A stretch of 64,000 nt of DNA from Azolla caroliniana. Its lineage: Eukaryota > Plantae > Polypodiophyta. Both the position numbers and the translations under genes were made by a program. The DNA is taken from assembly GCA_043228905.1 (NCBI GenBank), contig JBHGNT010000018.1, positions 7,812,001 through 7,876,000 on the forward strand, in the 5' to 3' direction. The notes below the pieces were generated by a model. The model made no database searches and was not told the DNA's origin. It worked only from the letters and a program-made list of their open reading frames with translations. Positions 24,192-35,274 of this stretch are shown one piece after another (the stretch's first letter is position 1; each line of letters begins with the position of its first letter).

Positions 24192-25600
24192 CAGCCAACA
24201 TATTTATATCTTCTGCATATAATGGTGTTATACCCTTGAGTTGTGGCATACTTCCTTCCGTAGGTACGCAAACCTTGGTGTGTCCGTGTCGGAAACTGAT
24301 ACATTTGTGTTGCCAGATCTACTTGATATTTGCTGCCCGAAGCCATGGTCTGCCCAGAAGCACTGGGTACGCCCCTGGGGTGTCCAAGGCGAGGATGACC
24401 GCTGAGATTTCGAAGCGATGTCCGGCCACGATAATTCCTATCTTGCGAATTAACCCCAATGGTCGTACTGAGCGGGTATCTGCCATTCGGAGCCAGAATG
24501 GGCATGCCTCCCATTTTGAAATGCCTAACTGCTCACAAGTTTTCGCGCTAATTACATTGACACCTGAGTTTCCATCGATTACGCATCCAGGAATTTCCTG
24601 TCTGTGTAATATTAATGTAATCGACGCGTTGTGTTGATCCACTACCGGCGGTCCATCGCTAACGTCTGTAAAGTTTGTAGTGACGTTCACCCCGGGTATG
24701 CCCGTCACCCATTCTTCCATGGTCTGGCGGAAGCGTGGGACTAGCTGCAACAGCTTCTTTATGGTTAACGTTATCTCACAGCCTGCTATTGCCTGACAAA
24801 TGGCATCCGGAACCGGCCCTTCGTTCTTTGCTCGATCCCTCGCATTCGCGGACTCCGTCCGCATGTGCTCTGTATCGGTCGCATTTTCTTTTTCCATCCA
24901 TGACTGGGCTTGTCGTCGTATCTAATCTTGCGCAGCCCAATCCGCCGATTTTTATTGCTAGCGTGTCGTAATCGTAATCGTATTGACGGCGGGCCCCTTG
25001 CCCTTGCGTGCTAGGCATTGTGTGGCATAATGTCTGGGCTGCTGACAAATAAAACAATGGATGCTTGATTCACCCTTCTCGACTCTTGGTTGTGTGTGTT
25101 GATCCCCTGGTGCGACTTGCTGCTCGCGGTCCGGCCTAGTCTGTCGGAACGCACGCGGTGGTTGTTGTTGGTCCCGTCGTTGTTCCTGGTGTTGCTCATC
25201 TCCCGAGCATTCGTCGTAACTCCGGTGATCTCGATATTGCCGCGGCCTACCACGCTAAGAATTGAAGCCGCCACGTTTGTTTGTAGGCCGGTGATTCTCG
25301 TAGCGTCGGCCCCCTTTAGCATAACTCAGATCTCCACGATAATCATCGTCCTTTGGTTCGTCTTCCTCGGAATCGTTATGATTTCGACGATTCTGGTGAT
25401 GCCGGTCTTCCCGTGGGTTGCGATCCATATACCATGGTCGGTCTTCTTGCCTCCTTTGTTTAGTACGGCGTGGGGGAGGTAGTATTAAGGTCCGGCGAGG
25501 CTTTTCCTGTGCGCGTTCTTCTGCCTGGCGTGTGCCGGACCTTGTGATTGGCCGGTCTTGTCGTGTTGGTTCTCTGGGGCGTCTGCAGCTAAACATCCAT
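24192..25600 (-). pseudogene. Gypsy B copy 1 gag (internally deleted) and protease
   Basis: Protease VIDGNSGVN and WEACPFWLRMAD motifs; lacks the capsid region present at ~35900-36650 in copy 2. Confidence 0.85.
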
Positions 25601-25632
25601 TCTTCATGGCTCGTCTATGAGAAGACACAGAT

Positions 25633-25646
25633 CACCAAGCGTGCCA
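25633..25646 (-). promoter_or_regulatory. PBS of Gypsy B copy 1, probably tRNA-Arg(UCU)
   Basis: TGGCACGCTTGGTG 4 nt from the LTR end; identical to 35681-35694. Confidence 0.8.
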
Positions 25647-25650
25647 AAAG

Positions 25651-26089
25651 TGTTACCGATTAGGAGCACGGTCTGTAGTCAGTCCTTCGACCTAGACCTC
25701 CAAGTGGTTGTGGAACAACGAATGGGGCATCTATGCATAATGCGTAGGGGAATGTTCCTCATAATCTATCAACGTATAAGGGAGACGGCTAGAACCGACT
25801 CCTTAGCAATGGTTACACTTACGTTTTTTACACGCTCTTGTATTCCAGACACACAGTAGATTAGCTATAGTTATACACAGACTTTCAGAGAAGATAGAAT
25901 TCTATTACCATGCGCTTCTTTACAATTCAAAATTACATGCTCCCTCTATCAGAGGTTTTCTGCCCTTTATATACGCAGGGACTATTTAGCCGTTCACGCT
26001 TCCTGCGTGAACCGTTACATGCGTTATGATCTTATATTATTTCTTATTCCTATGCTCTTGTCCATTGGTTACTATTCCGGCGGACAACA
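25651..26089 (-). repeat. Gypsy B 5' LTR (439 bp)
   Basis: Reverse complement aligns with 35239-35676, and its start matches 4969-5048. Confidence 0.92.
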
Positions 26090-26109
26090 AGTACTATAAC
26101 ATTAGATTT

Positions 26110-27363
26110 AGTACAACGATCATTTTGGTGGCCCGTATGCGACAATTTGTCGAAGATTTTGTTCGAACTTGTGATACATGCTGTAGAGCGAAAATGCCAA
26201 GGCATCATCCATATGGTTTATTAGAAACATTACCAATTCCAAGAAAGCCGTGACAATCCATTGCTCTAGACTTCATCATAGATCTTCCAGCCTCTAAGGG
26301 GTTCAATGCGATTCTAACAGTCGTAGATCGATACACGAAGATGACTCATTTCTTGCCATGTACTAAGGAAATATCTAGTGAAGAAACCGCTGAAATTGTC
26401 ATGCGTGAAGTATGTCGACATCATGGCCTTCCCGATAGTATCATCAGCGACCGTGGACCCCAGTTCGTATCGAAATTCTGGAAGCACCTTTCTAAAATGC
26501 TCAAGGTCACTTGTAACCTCTCCTCCAGCTACCACCCACAAACAGATGGTCAAGTAGAACGAACAAATCAAATGCTGGAGTAGTATCTTCAGTGTTTTCT
26601 AAGCTATCATCAGGATGACTGGGCAGATATTCTCTACTTCGCTGAATTTGCCCACATTAACTCTGTCCACACATCGACTAAAGTTACGCCATTTTATGCT
26701 TATATGGGTTCTCACCCCCAGTGGTGTGTATTTGAAACCCTAGAGTTGTCCACAAATCCTTGCGTAGAGGATTGTTTAGAGCGGTTACGCAATATACAAG
26801 CCAATTTATCTACTCATCTCCAACAAGCTCAACAAACACACAAGGTTTACGCGGATCATCATCGACTTCCATCTAGTTTTAACATTGGAGATCGGGTATG
26901 ACTACTACGACGACACATCAAGACTACTCATCCATGCAAGAAGTTGGATTATCGACGATTAGGTCCTTTCCGTATTATAGGAAAGATTAATGATGTCGCT
27001 TTTCGTCTCGATCTACCTCCGCAACTTCGGATAAATCCGGTGTTTCATAGTTTTCTCCTCGAACCCTATCAAGAGAGCACCATCCCAGGACGTATTACAC
27101 AGCCTCCACCCCCGATCGAGCTTGAAGATGGACCTGAGTACGAGGTTGCTGCCATCCTTGATTCCAAGATTGTTTGCAACAAGCTCTACTATCTAGTCGA
27201 TTGGCTAGGATATAGTCCCAGCGAGCGTACTTGGGAACCGATAGAGAATGTGACCAATGCTCGTGCTCTTCTTGAAGACTTCCATCGTCAATATCCAAAC
27301 AAAGCGGGTCCTCAATCCAAAACAACTCGTGACACTAGTCGTTTTAAAGGGGGGATAGTGTGA
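26110..27363 (+). pseudogene. Chromovirus (Tcn1-like) integrase plus chromodomain fragment, followed by a PPT
   Basis: CDTCCRAK, ISDRGPQFVSKFW, YHPQTDGQVERTNQ, LGPF; chromodomain EYEVAAILDSK...YLVDWLGYSPSERTWEP; AAGGGGGGATAG at ~27347-27358. Confidence 0.9.
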
Positions 27364-27489
27364 GATCTTTGCCCCGGTAGTGAAGATGACGTCCATCCGG
27401 ACTGTGTTGAGCATTGCAGCAAGCATGGACCTCGAGGTAGAGCAATTGTCATGATATGGCAAGACTCGAACCCATGACCTTATGCTACA

Positions 27490-27737
27490 TGGGAACCGGA
27501 TGTGGAGTACCCGGCAACGGATGATGCAGACCTGGTGAGAACCGGATGTTGCAGGCCCAGTGAGAACCTCTCACCGGATGAAGGGACATATATGTAGATA
27601 TGTTTCTGAGAGCCCATTGGGGCTATATCTATAAATAGTCCGAATGTCATATTAGTATAAATGTGACCTAGGGCAAACAATGTTTAAGACAGTTGCTGTT
27701 ATTATCTTCATATAGTGTAATTGTGGTGGAACGACTG

Positions 27738-27777
<40 letters not shown>

Positions 27778-30700
27778 TACAGAGCATGTCTCTATTCTAA
27801 CCGCCGCCAGGCGAAGATCGTGAGCAGGAGGTCATTGCCTCTGCACTCCCTGTTGTACTAATTGACATAGTGATAGTTCGGAGTCCGTGGACTCCCGTGG
27901 TTTTTCCCTCTCGGGGGTTTCCACGTTAACATCTTGTGTATTCTCCTTTCTGTTCGTGTACTTACCTCCATTCCCATTTCTTCTGTGTTCGATTGTCATC
28001 AAGTGAGCTACGCTTCGGTTGTGGCCGGAGATTATTCCCCATATTTCTCGTCAAACTGGTATCAGAGAAAAACGACACAAGAAAATGGACGATTTGTTGG
28101 GAGGCATATTCAAGCTCACCGGCTCCAACTACTCATTGTGGAAGTCAAAGATGAGGGACATGCTCGTGGTTAAAGATCTTTGGCTGCCGGTTCAGTTCGG
28201 GGACAAGAGATCGGACAAAATCGATCCCACGATATGGGAGGTGATGCACATGAAGACAACGGCATACATACGGTGCTTCATCAACATGAGTTTATACAAC
28301 AACTTCAATGAAGAGAGCAAGGCTCATGAGCTCTAGGAGAAGATCGGCATTATGTTTTAGAACAAAACTGTTGTTAATCAGGTTTCGGTATTTCCGAAGC
28401 TAGTAAGACTCCGGTACCAAGATCGCTCCAGCATGGCAAAGCACATGAATGCCTTCCAGGGGCTGATCCACCAGGCAACATCATTCGAATTACCTCTCGC
28501 CGATGAGGTACTAGCACTATTCCCGCTCGGTTCCCTCCCAGATAGCTGGGAGACGTTGGTTGTCACTTTGGGCAACGCCGGGCCGGAAGGGAAATGGTTA
28601 TCCCTAGCAAGAGTGAAGTAGAGCTTGCTAGATGAGGAGGCGCATCGGAAAGACAAGGATACGAGCTCCGACTCCAAAGTTCTTCTTACCGAATCGGAAT
28701 GCGGAAGACAAAGGAACCGTAGTCCCCAGAACCGGGAAAAGTCGGGGACACGGTCAAAGTCAAGGGGGAGTCTTACTTGCTTCTGTTGCGGCAAGTCGGG
28801 ACACTTCTAGAAGAACTGTCGGCACTTCCGAAAAGACAAGGAAACCGACGGTACCGATTCGAAGCGGACACGGGACCAGAACGGTAAAGACCGGAGGGCA
28901 CCGAATCGGAAGGGAATGACGGCAATTGCGGCAAGTGAAGAAGAGTTGATGCTCATCACCGAGGAGAGTGAGTTGAACCTTGGCGACGACGAGACAACGT
29001 GGGTTGTTGATTCCGGAGCGTCGTTCCACCTTACCCCGGACCAAAAATACTTCTCATCCTACACAACCGGTGATCACGGCTGTGTCTGGATGGGGAATGA
29101 AGGTACATGCCGAATTGTCGGCATAAGAGACGTGTGGTTGACAACACCAACCGGATGCAAGCTGCTGTTGAAGGATATCCGACATGTTCTGGAGGTTCGA
29201 GTGAACCTTATATCAGTCGGTCGGCTAGATGATGAAGGCTACACGGGTAGCATCCGGAACAGTGTTATGAAGTTCAGCAAAGGGAGCCTGATTGTGGCTC
29301 GGGCCCGGAAGGTCAACACGTTGTACCTGATGAATGCCCGGTTATGCCCGGAAGAAGTGAACGTGGCTTCTGACATTGCCAGTGAGCTGTGGCACAAGAG
29401 ACTGTGTCACATGAGGGTGAAGGGGATGAAGAGGCTTGCCGATGACAACCTAATTCCAAGCAAGAACGTGCATCTTGAGAGGTGCACCGACTACCTAGCC
29501 GGTAAACAAAACTGGACCTCCTTCCAATCAAGGCCACCGATGAGACGTAATGCACCATTGGAGTTGGTGCACACCGATGTGTGTCAAGTGGACAGAAAGT
29601 CCCATGCTGGAGCGCAGTACTTCGTGACGTTCATAGATGACCACAACAGGAGGTTGTGGGCCACGCCGTTGAAGACGAAGGATCAAGTGTTATCCGTCTT
29701 CAAGGAGCTCCATGCAAGAGTGGAAAGAGAAACCGGACGGAATCTAAAGGCGGTTCGAGCAGATAACGGAGGGGAATACTGGGGGCAGTTCGAGGAGTAC
29801 TATCGCTCGAAGGGAATCCGGCTCAAATTTACCGTGCCGAAGATGCCAGAACCAAACGGGCTAGCTGAGAGTATAAACCAGACCATAATGGAGAGGGTCC
29901 GGAGTATGCTAGCACATGCTAAACTACCCAAGATGTTCTGGGTTGAGGGGTTGTCGACAATGACGTATGTGATAAACAGATCACCCTCAGTGCCCTTGGA
30001 TGGAGACATGCCCGCAAAAGGTGTGAACCAGTAAGGAAGTGTCCTACCGGCATTTGAAGGTGTTCGGGTGTCTCGTGTATGTGCATGTTTCTAAGGACCA
30101 GAGAGGAAAGTTGGATCCAAAGACCTGGCCATGCATATTCCTTGGATATGGCGATGATGAGTTCGGCTACCTAGTGTACGATCCGGTTGATAAGAAGGTT
30201 TTCCGGAGCCGAGATATTATCTTCATGGAGGACAAGACTCTTGCCGACTGGGAGTCGGAGAAGAAGATAATAAACTCTGATGAGATTCGGACCCACCCGG
30301 CTAAGAGCCGGTTGACACTCGAGGAACCAGTCGGTTACGGTGAGAATACCGAACCGGCAGAAGAAGAAGTAAAGGAAACTGAAACCGGAACCGGTCAAGA
30401 CCCCGAATCAAATTCGGATGAAGAACAAATTGAGGAGTTGGAAAGCTTCAAAGAAGCGAAGGATGACACCCATAACCGCAAGTGGTTGAGTGCCATTCAG
30501 GATGAGATGGATTCCCTGCATGAGAACCACACATATGAATTGGTGGAGTTGCCGAAAGGAAAGAGGGCACTCCGAAACAAGTTGGAGTACAAGTTGAAAC
30601 CGGGAGATGTCGGCAACCCTCCAAGGTACAAAGCCAGGATCGTGGTGAAGGGGTTCCAGCAGAAGAAGGGCGTGGACTTCGACGAGATATTTGCCTCGGT

Positions 30701-32210
30701 AGTAAAGATGACTTCCATCCGGACGGTGCTGAGCATAACGGCAAGCATGGACTTCGAGGTAGAGCAGTTAGACGTGAAGACGACGTTCCTCCATGGCGAA
30801 CTAGAAGAGGAGATCTACATGCAACAACCGGAGGGATTTGTGAAGAAAGGGAAGGAGCACCTGGTTTTCCGGTTAAAAAAGAACCTCTACGGGTTGAAGC
30901 AGGCCCCCCAGCAATGGTACCGGAAGTTCGACTCCTTCATGACCGATCAAGGGTACCACAAGTTGCAGGCCGATCACTGCATATTTGTGAAGAAGTTCGA
31001 AGGTGGAGACTTCCTTATACTCCTCTTGTACGTGGACGACATGTTGATCGTCCGACGAGACCAAATCAAGATACAGATGTTGAAGAAGGCCCTGAACTGG
31101 ACCTTCTCAATGAAAGACTTGGGTCCGGCAAGAGAGATGTTAGGGATGCATATCATCCGAGACTGGCCAACGAAGGAATTGTGGCGATCATAGGAGAAGT
31201 ACGCGACAAAGGTGCTTCAGCGGTTCAACATGTGAGATGCGAAACCGGTCGGATCGACTCTTCCGGCAAACTGCAGGTTATCTGGTAAGCAAAGCCCAAA
31301 GACGAAGGTAGAGAAGGCGGATATGATGAAGATACCATATGCCTCTGCCGTCGGGAGCCTAATGTACGCAACAGTGTGTACCCGACCGGATATTAGATAT
31401 GCAGTCGGAGTGGTGAGCCGGTTTATGAGCAATCCCGACAAGAGCACTGGAATGCGGTAAAATGGATACTCCGATACTTGAAAGGCACCTCAAGTATGTG
31501 CCTCCGATTCGGCTCCGATAAACCCCAAGTTGACGGTTTCACCGATTCGGATATGTCAATTGATGCGGATACCAGCCGATCAACATCCGAATATGTCATG
31601 ATATATGCGGGAGGAGTTGTTTTGTGGAAATCGAGGCTGTAGAGGACGGTTGCGTTGTCAACCACGGAAGCCGAGTACATGGCGGCTGTGGAAACCGGCA
31701 AGGAAATACTATGGTTGCAGGCCCGGTGACAACCTCTCACCGGATGAAGGGATATATATGTAGATATGTTTCGGAGAGCCCATGGGGGCTATATCTATAA
31801 ATAGTCCGAATGTCATATTAGTATAAATGTGACCTAGGGCAAACAGTGTTTAAGACTGTTGCTGTTATTTTCTTCATACAGTGTAATTTTGGTGGAACGA
31901 TTGTAGAGAGAGAAAGAGAGAGAGAGAGAGCGATACAGAGGATGTCTCTATTGTAACCGCCACCAGGCGAAGATCGTGAGCAGTAGGTTGTTGCCTCTGC
32001 GCTCCCTGTTGTACTCATTGACATAGTGATAGTTCGAAGTCCGTGGACTCCCGTGGTTTTTCCCTCTCGACGGTTTTCCACATTAACATCCTGTGTATTC
32101 TCTTTTCTGTTCGTGTACTTACCTCCATTCCCATTTCTTCTGAGTTCAATTGTCATCAAGTGATCTACGCCTCGGTTGTGGCCGGAGATTATTCCGCATA
32201 TTTCTCGTCG
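27490..32210 (+). mobile_element. Copia H, degenerate relative of Copia G
   Basis: 5' LTR ~27490-28053, PBS 28057-28067, gag-pol 28085-31713 with stops and frameshifts. A deletion removes the RH end, PPT and LTR start; 3' LTR remnant 31714-32210. Confidence 0.9.
27741..27774 (+). repeat. (AG)n microsatellite in the Copia H LTR
   Basis: About 17 AG units; shorter and interrupted in the 3' LTR (~31905-31930). Confidence 0.9.
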
Positions 32211-33902
32211 ATATATATCTTTTATCATCTTTCTCTCACCCTTTCTCTCTCTCTATCTCTCTCTCGCTCACTCTTTCCTTCTCTCGAGAGTTCTACACGT
32301 CTTTTAGTACTAATTCCTTCTCTGTCTTAGTACTGATCCTGACAGCAACTAGACATCAAGAAGACGTTCCTACACGGTTACCTTGAAGAAGAGATGTACA
32401 TGCAATAGTCAGAGGGATTTGTCAAGAAAGGGATGGAGCACCTAGTATGCCGGTTGAAGAAGTGCTTATACGGATTGAAGCAAGCTCCCCGGCAATGGTA
32501 CCGGAAGTTCGACTCCTTCATGACGGACCAAGGATACCACAAGACCCTGATCGACCAATTCGTATTTGTGAAGAAGTGCGACGGAGGAGACTTCCTGATA
32601 CTCCTGTTGTATGTGGATGACATGTTGATCATCGGACCAGACCGGATCAAAATTAGTAATCTGTCGGGATCCGTCGAAGAATTTGTTGTGGCTGTCACAG
32701 GAGAAGTACTTGACAAAGGTGCTTGAAATGTTCAACATGTCAGAGGCAAAGCTCATAGGGCCGACACTTCAGGCAAAATGCAAGTTGTCCAAAAAGCAGT
32801 GCCTGAAGACAAAGACAGAGAAGTCGGATATGATGAAGATACCATATGCCTCTACTGTTGGAAGCCTAATGTACTCGATGGTGTGCACTCGACCAGATAT
32901 TGGACATGCAGTCGAAGTGGTAAGCCGGTTTATGAGCAATCTGGAAAAGGAGCATTAGGCAACAGTCAAATGGATACTCTGGTACCTGAAAGGCACCTCG
33001 AGCATGTGCCTTCGATTCGGCTCAGGTAAACCTCAACTAGAAGGCTTTACAGATTCGGATATGTCGGCTGATGTGGATACTAGCCAGTCCACATCCGGAT
33101 ATGTCATGACTTATGCAGGGGGAACCTTATCGTGTCAGTCGAGGCTGTAGAAGTTCGTTGCACTATCCACAACGGAAGCGGAATACATGGTGGTTGTAGA
33201 AGCCGGTAAAGAGGTAATTTGGATGAAGGACTTCATTAGAGAGCTAGGGATTCAGCAGGAGGAATTCCAGCTCCATTGTGACAGTCAAAGTGCCATCCAC
33301 CTCACAAAGAACACGGTCTACCACTCCCAAACCAAGCACATCTAGAGGTGATATCACTAGCTCTGGGAGAAGGTAGAAAATAAAGAGTTCTTACTAACGA
33401 ATATCCACATGAAGGAGAACGGGTCGCACATGTTGACCAAGGTGTTGTCAGTCGACAAGCTAGACATGTGCAGGAGACCGATCGGATTGACATGATAATC
33501 CATGTTCGGTCCCTTTGGATGGGATCTAGATCAAAACCAAAGGAGCCGGATCAGACGATGGTGAAGGAAGGAACCGGACTGGACGAATCCGGTCTGAACC
33601 GGATCCAGGGAAATATCTGTAAATATGTTTCTAGTGATGTATTATACATTAACAGTTTACCACGGAAGCAAAAACTCATAGTGTGATGAGTCCCAAGTGA
33701 CCAAAATGAATGAGGTATTTTGTAGTTAGAAACTCATATAGATGTTCAGTACTTCCTGAAAAATCAATTGCGGTGATTAATTTGTGAGCTATAATTAGCC
33801 ATTTCACATGAGTTGATTATTTATTTGCTAATTCAGAGGCATTGATTAGTAAATAGAATAATTAATAGGATAGTTGACCCTTTCTTTTGGAGTTAAGATT
33901 TG

Positions 33903-33975
33903 GCACTTGTAGCTCAATGGATAGAGGGTTTGTTTTCTAAGCTAAAGGCCGATGGTTCCACCCCTTCCTAGTGCG
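33903..33975 (+). tRNA. tRNA-Arg(CCT)-derived copy 1, probable pseudogene (anticodon reads TCT, T-loop mutated)
   Basis: Acceptor GCACTTG/CTAGTGC, A box TAGCTCAATGG, B box GGTTCCACCCC. Confidence 0.75.
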
Positions 33976-34430
33976 ATTGAAAGAATGACCATTCCCTTCC
34001 TTTAGAATCACAATGTTGGGTTTGGTTTATGTGTCCAAGATCGATGTTTCACCAATATCATGTGCATAACACTACTGAGATACTCCGCATTTATGGTCTA
34101 GGATATTGAATTCAAATTTGCACAAACTAGATTTGGCTTTGAGACCCAACAATTACAAAACTCTAACGACGTATTATACGTTAAGGGTTTACCATGGACG
34201 CAAAAACTCATATTGTGATGCATCCGAAGTGACCAAAACTTATGAGGTATTTAGCATTTAGAGACTAGTATAGATGTTCACTACTTCCTCAAAAATCGAT
34301 TGTGGTGATTAATTTGTGAGCTATAATTGGACATTTCACATTGATTATTTATTCGCCAATTCAGACGCATAGAGTAGCAATTAGAAAAATTAATAGGATA
34401 GTCGACCCTTTCTTTTGGATCCAAGATTTG

Positions 34431-34502
34431 TCACTTGTAGCTCAATGGATAGAGTGTCTGTTTCCTAAGTAGAAGGCCGAAGTTCGACCATTTCCTAGTG
34501 CG
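34431..34502 (+). tRNA. tRNA-Arg(CCT)-derived copy 2, probable pseudogene
   Basis: Anticodon arm TCTGT-TTCCTAA-GTAGA and GTTCGA present; G1>T change and damaged T-stem. Confidence 0.75.
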
Positions 34503-34953
34503 ACTGAAAGAATGACCATTCACTTCCTCTATAATCACAATGGTGGATTTGGTTTATGTGTCGAAGGTTGAGGTTTAACCAATCTCATGTGCATAACTCT
34601 ACTGAGGTACTACACGTTTATGGTCTAGCATAGTGAATTAGAATTTGCACAAACTAGAGGTGGCTTTGAGACTCAACAAATGCAAAACTCTAGAGATGTA
34701 TTATACATTAAGGGTTTACCATGGAAGTAAAAACTCATACTGTGATTCTTCCCATGTGACCAAAATGATTTTGCATTTAGAGATTGGTGTAGATGTTAAG
34801 TACTTCCTCAAAAATAGATTGCAGTGATTAATTTGTGAGCTATAATTAGCCATTTAACATACATTGATTATTTATTCGCCAATTTAGACGCATTGATTAG
34901 TAATTAGAAAAGTTAATAGGACAGTCTACCCTTTCTTTTGGAGCGAAGATTTA

Positions 34954-35026
34954 GCACATGTAGCTCAATGTATAGAGCGTTTGTTTCCTACGCAGAAGGC
35001 CGAAGGTTCAACCCCTTCCTAGTGCG
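34954..35026 (+). tRNA. tRNA-Arg(CCT)-derived copy 3, best preserved, possibly still a pseudogene
   Basis: Anticodon arm TTTGT-TTCCTAC-GCAGA, T-arm GAAGG-TTCAACC-CCTTC; D-loop GG changed to GT. Confidence 0.75.
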
Positions 35027-35040
35027 ATTGAAAGAATGAC

Positions 35041-35274
35041 GTATGAAAACACGATCAGTCCAACTATTATGTCATTGGGGTATGTTGTCCTCCAGAATAG
35101 TAACCGACGGACAAGAGCGTATGAAAACACGATCAGTCCAACTATTATGTCATTGGGGGATGTTGTCCGCCGGAATAGTAACCGACGGACAAGAGCATAT
35201 GAAAACACAATCAGTCCAACTATTATGTCATATGGGGATGTTGTCCGCCGGAATAGTAACCGACGGACAAGAGC
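35041..35274 (+). repeat. 78-bp tandem triplication spanning the flank and the first ~36 bp of the Gypsy B LTR
   Basis: Units at 35041, 35119 and 35197; LTR start TGTTGTCC at 35083, 35161 and 35239. Confidence 0.93.

Larger units (their letters stand above)
4969..26089 (-). mobile_element. Gypsy B copy 1 (non-chromoviral Ty3/Gypsy), degenerate, interrupted by Copia A, Gypsy D and Copia G
   Basis: 5' LTR 25651-26089, PBS 25633-25646, gag/PR 24192-25600, RT-RH-INT 15722-18716, INT tail and extra-ORF remnant 5096-5709, first 80 bp of 3' LTR 4969-5048. Reading frames rejoin across the TSD-flanked insertions. Confidence 0.9.
27447..32344. mobile_element. LTR J: small solo-LTR-like insertion, itself split by Copia H
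   Basis: Inverted termini TGTCATGAT / ATCCTGACA and imperfect TSD GCAAT/GCAAC; own sequence ~27447-27489 and ~32211-32344. Confidence 0.65.
27363..33630 (+). mobile_element. Copia I, old 5'-truncated RT-RH remnant (27363-27446 and 32345-33495) with an LTR remnant at ~33500-33630
   Basis: EIFAPVVKMTSIRTVLSIAASMDLEVEQ stops at 27446 and resumes as QLDIKKTFLHG at 32345. Confidence 0.8.
33630..35040 (+). repeat. AT-rich tandem array, ~525-bp unit, ~2.7 copies, one tRNA-Arg(CCT)-like gene per unit
   Basis: Marker GTGATTAATTTGTGAGCTATAATT at ~33773, ~34305 and ~34824; tRNA spacing 528 and 523 bp. Confidence 0.92.

Noticed and set aside
33903-35026. Array tRNAs as the primers for neighbouring elements
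   Set aside because: Their 3' end (CTAGTGCG-CCA) predicts PBS TGGCGCACTAG, which matches none of the PBSs or 3' motifs here.
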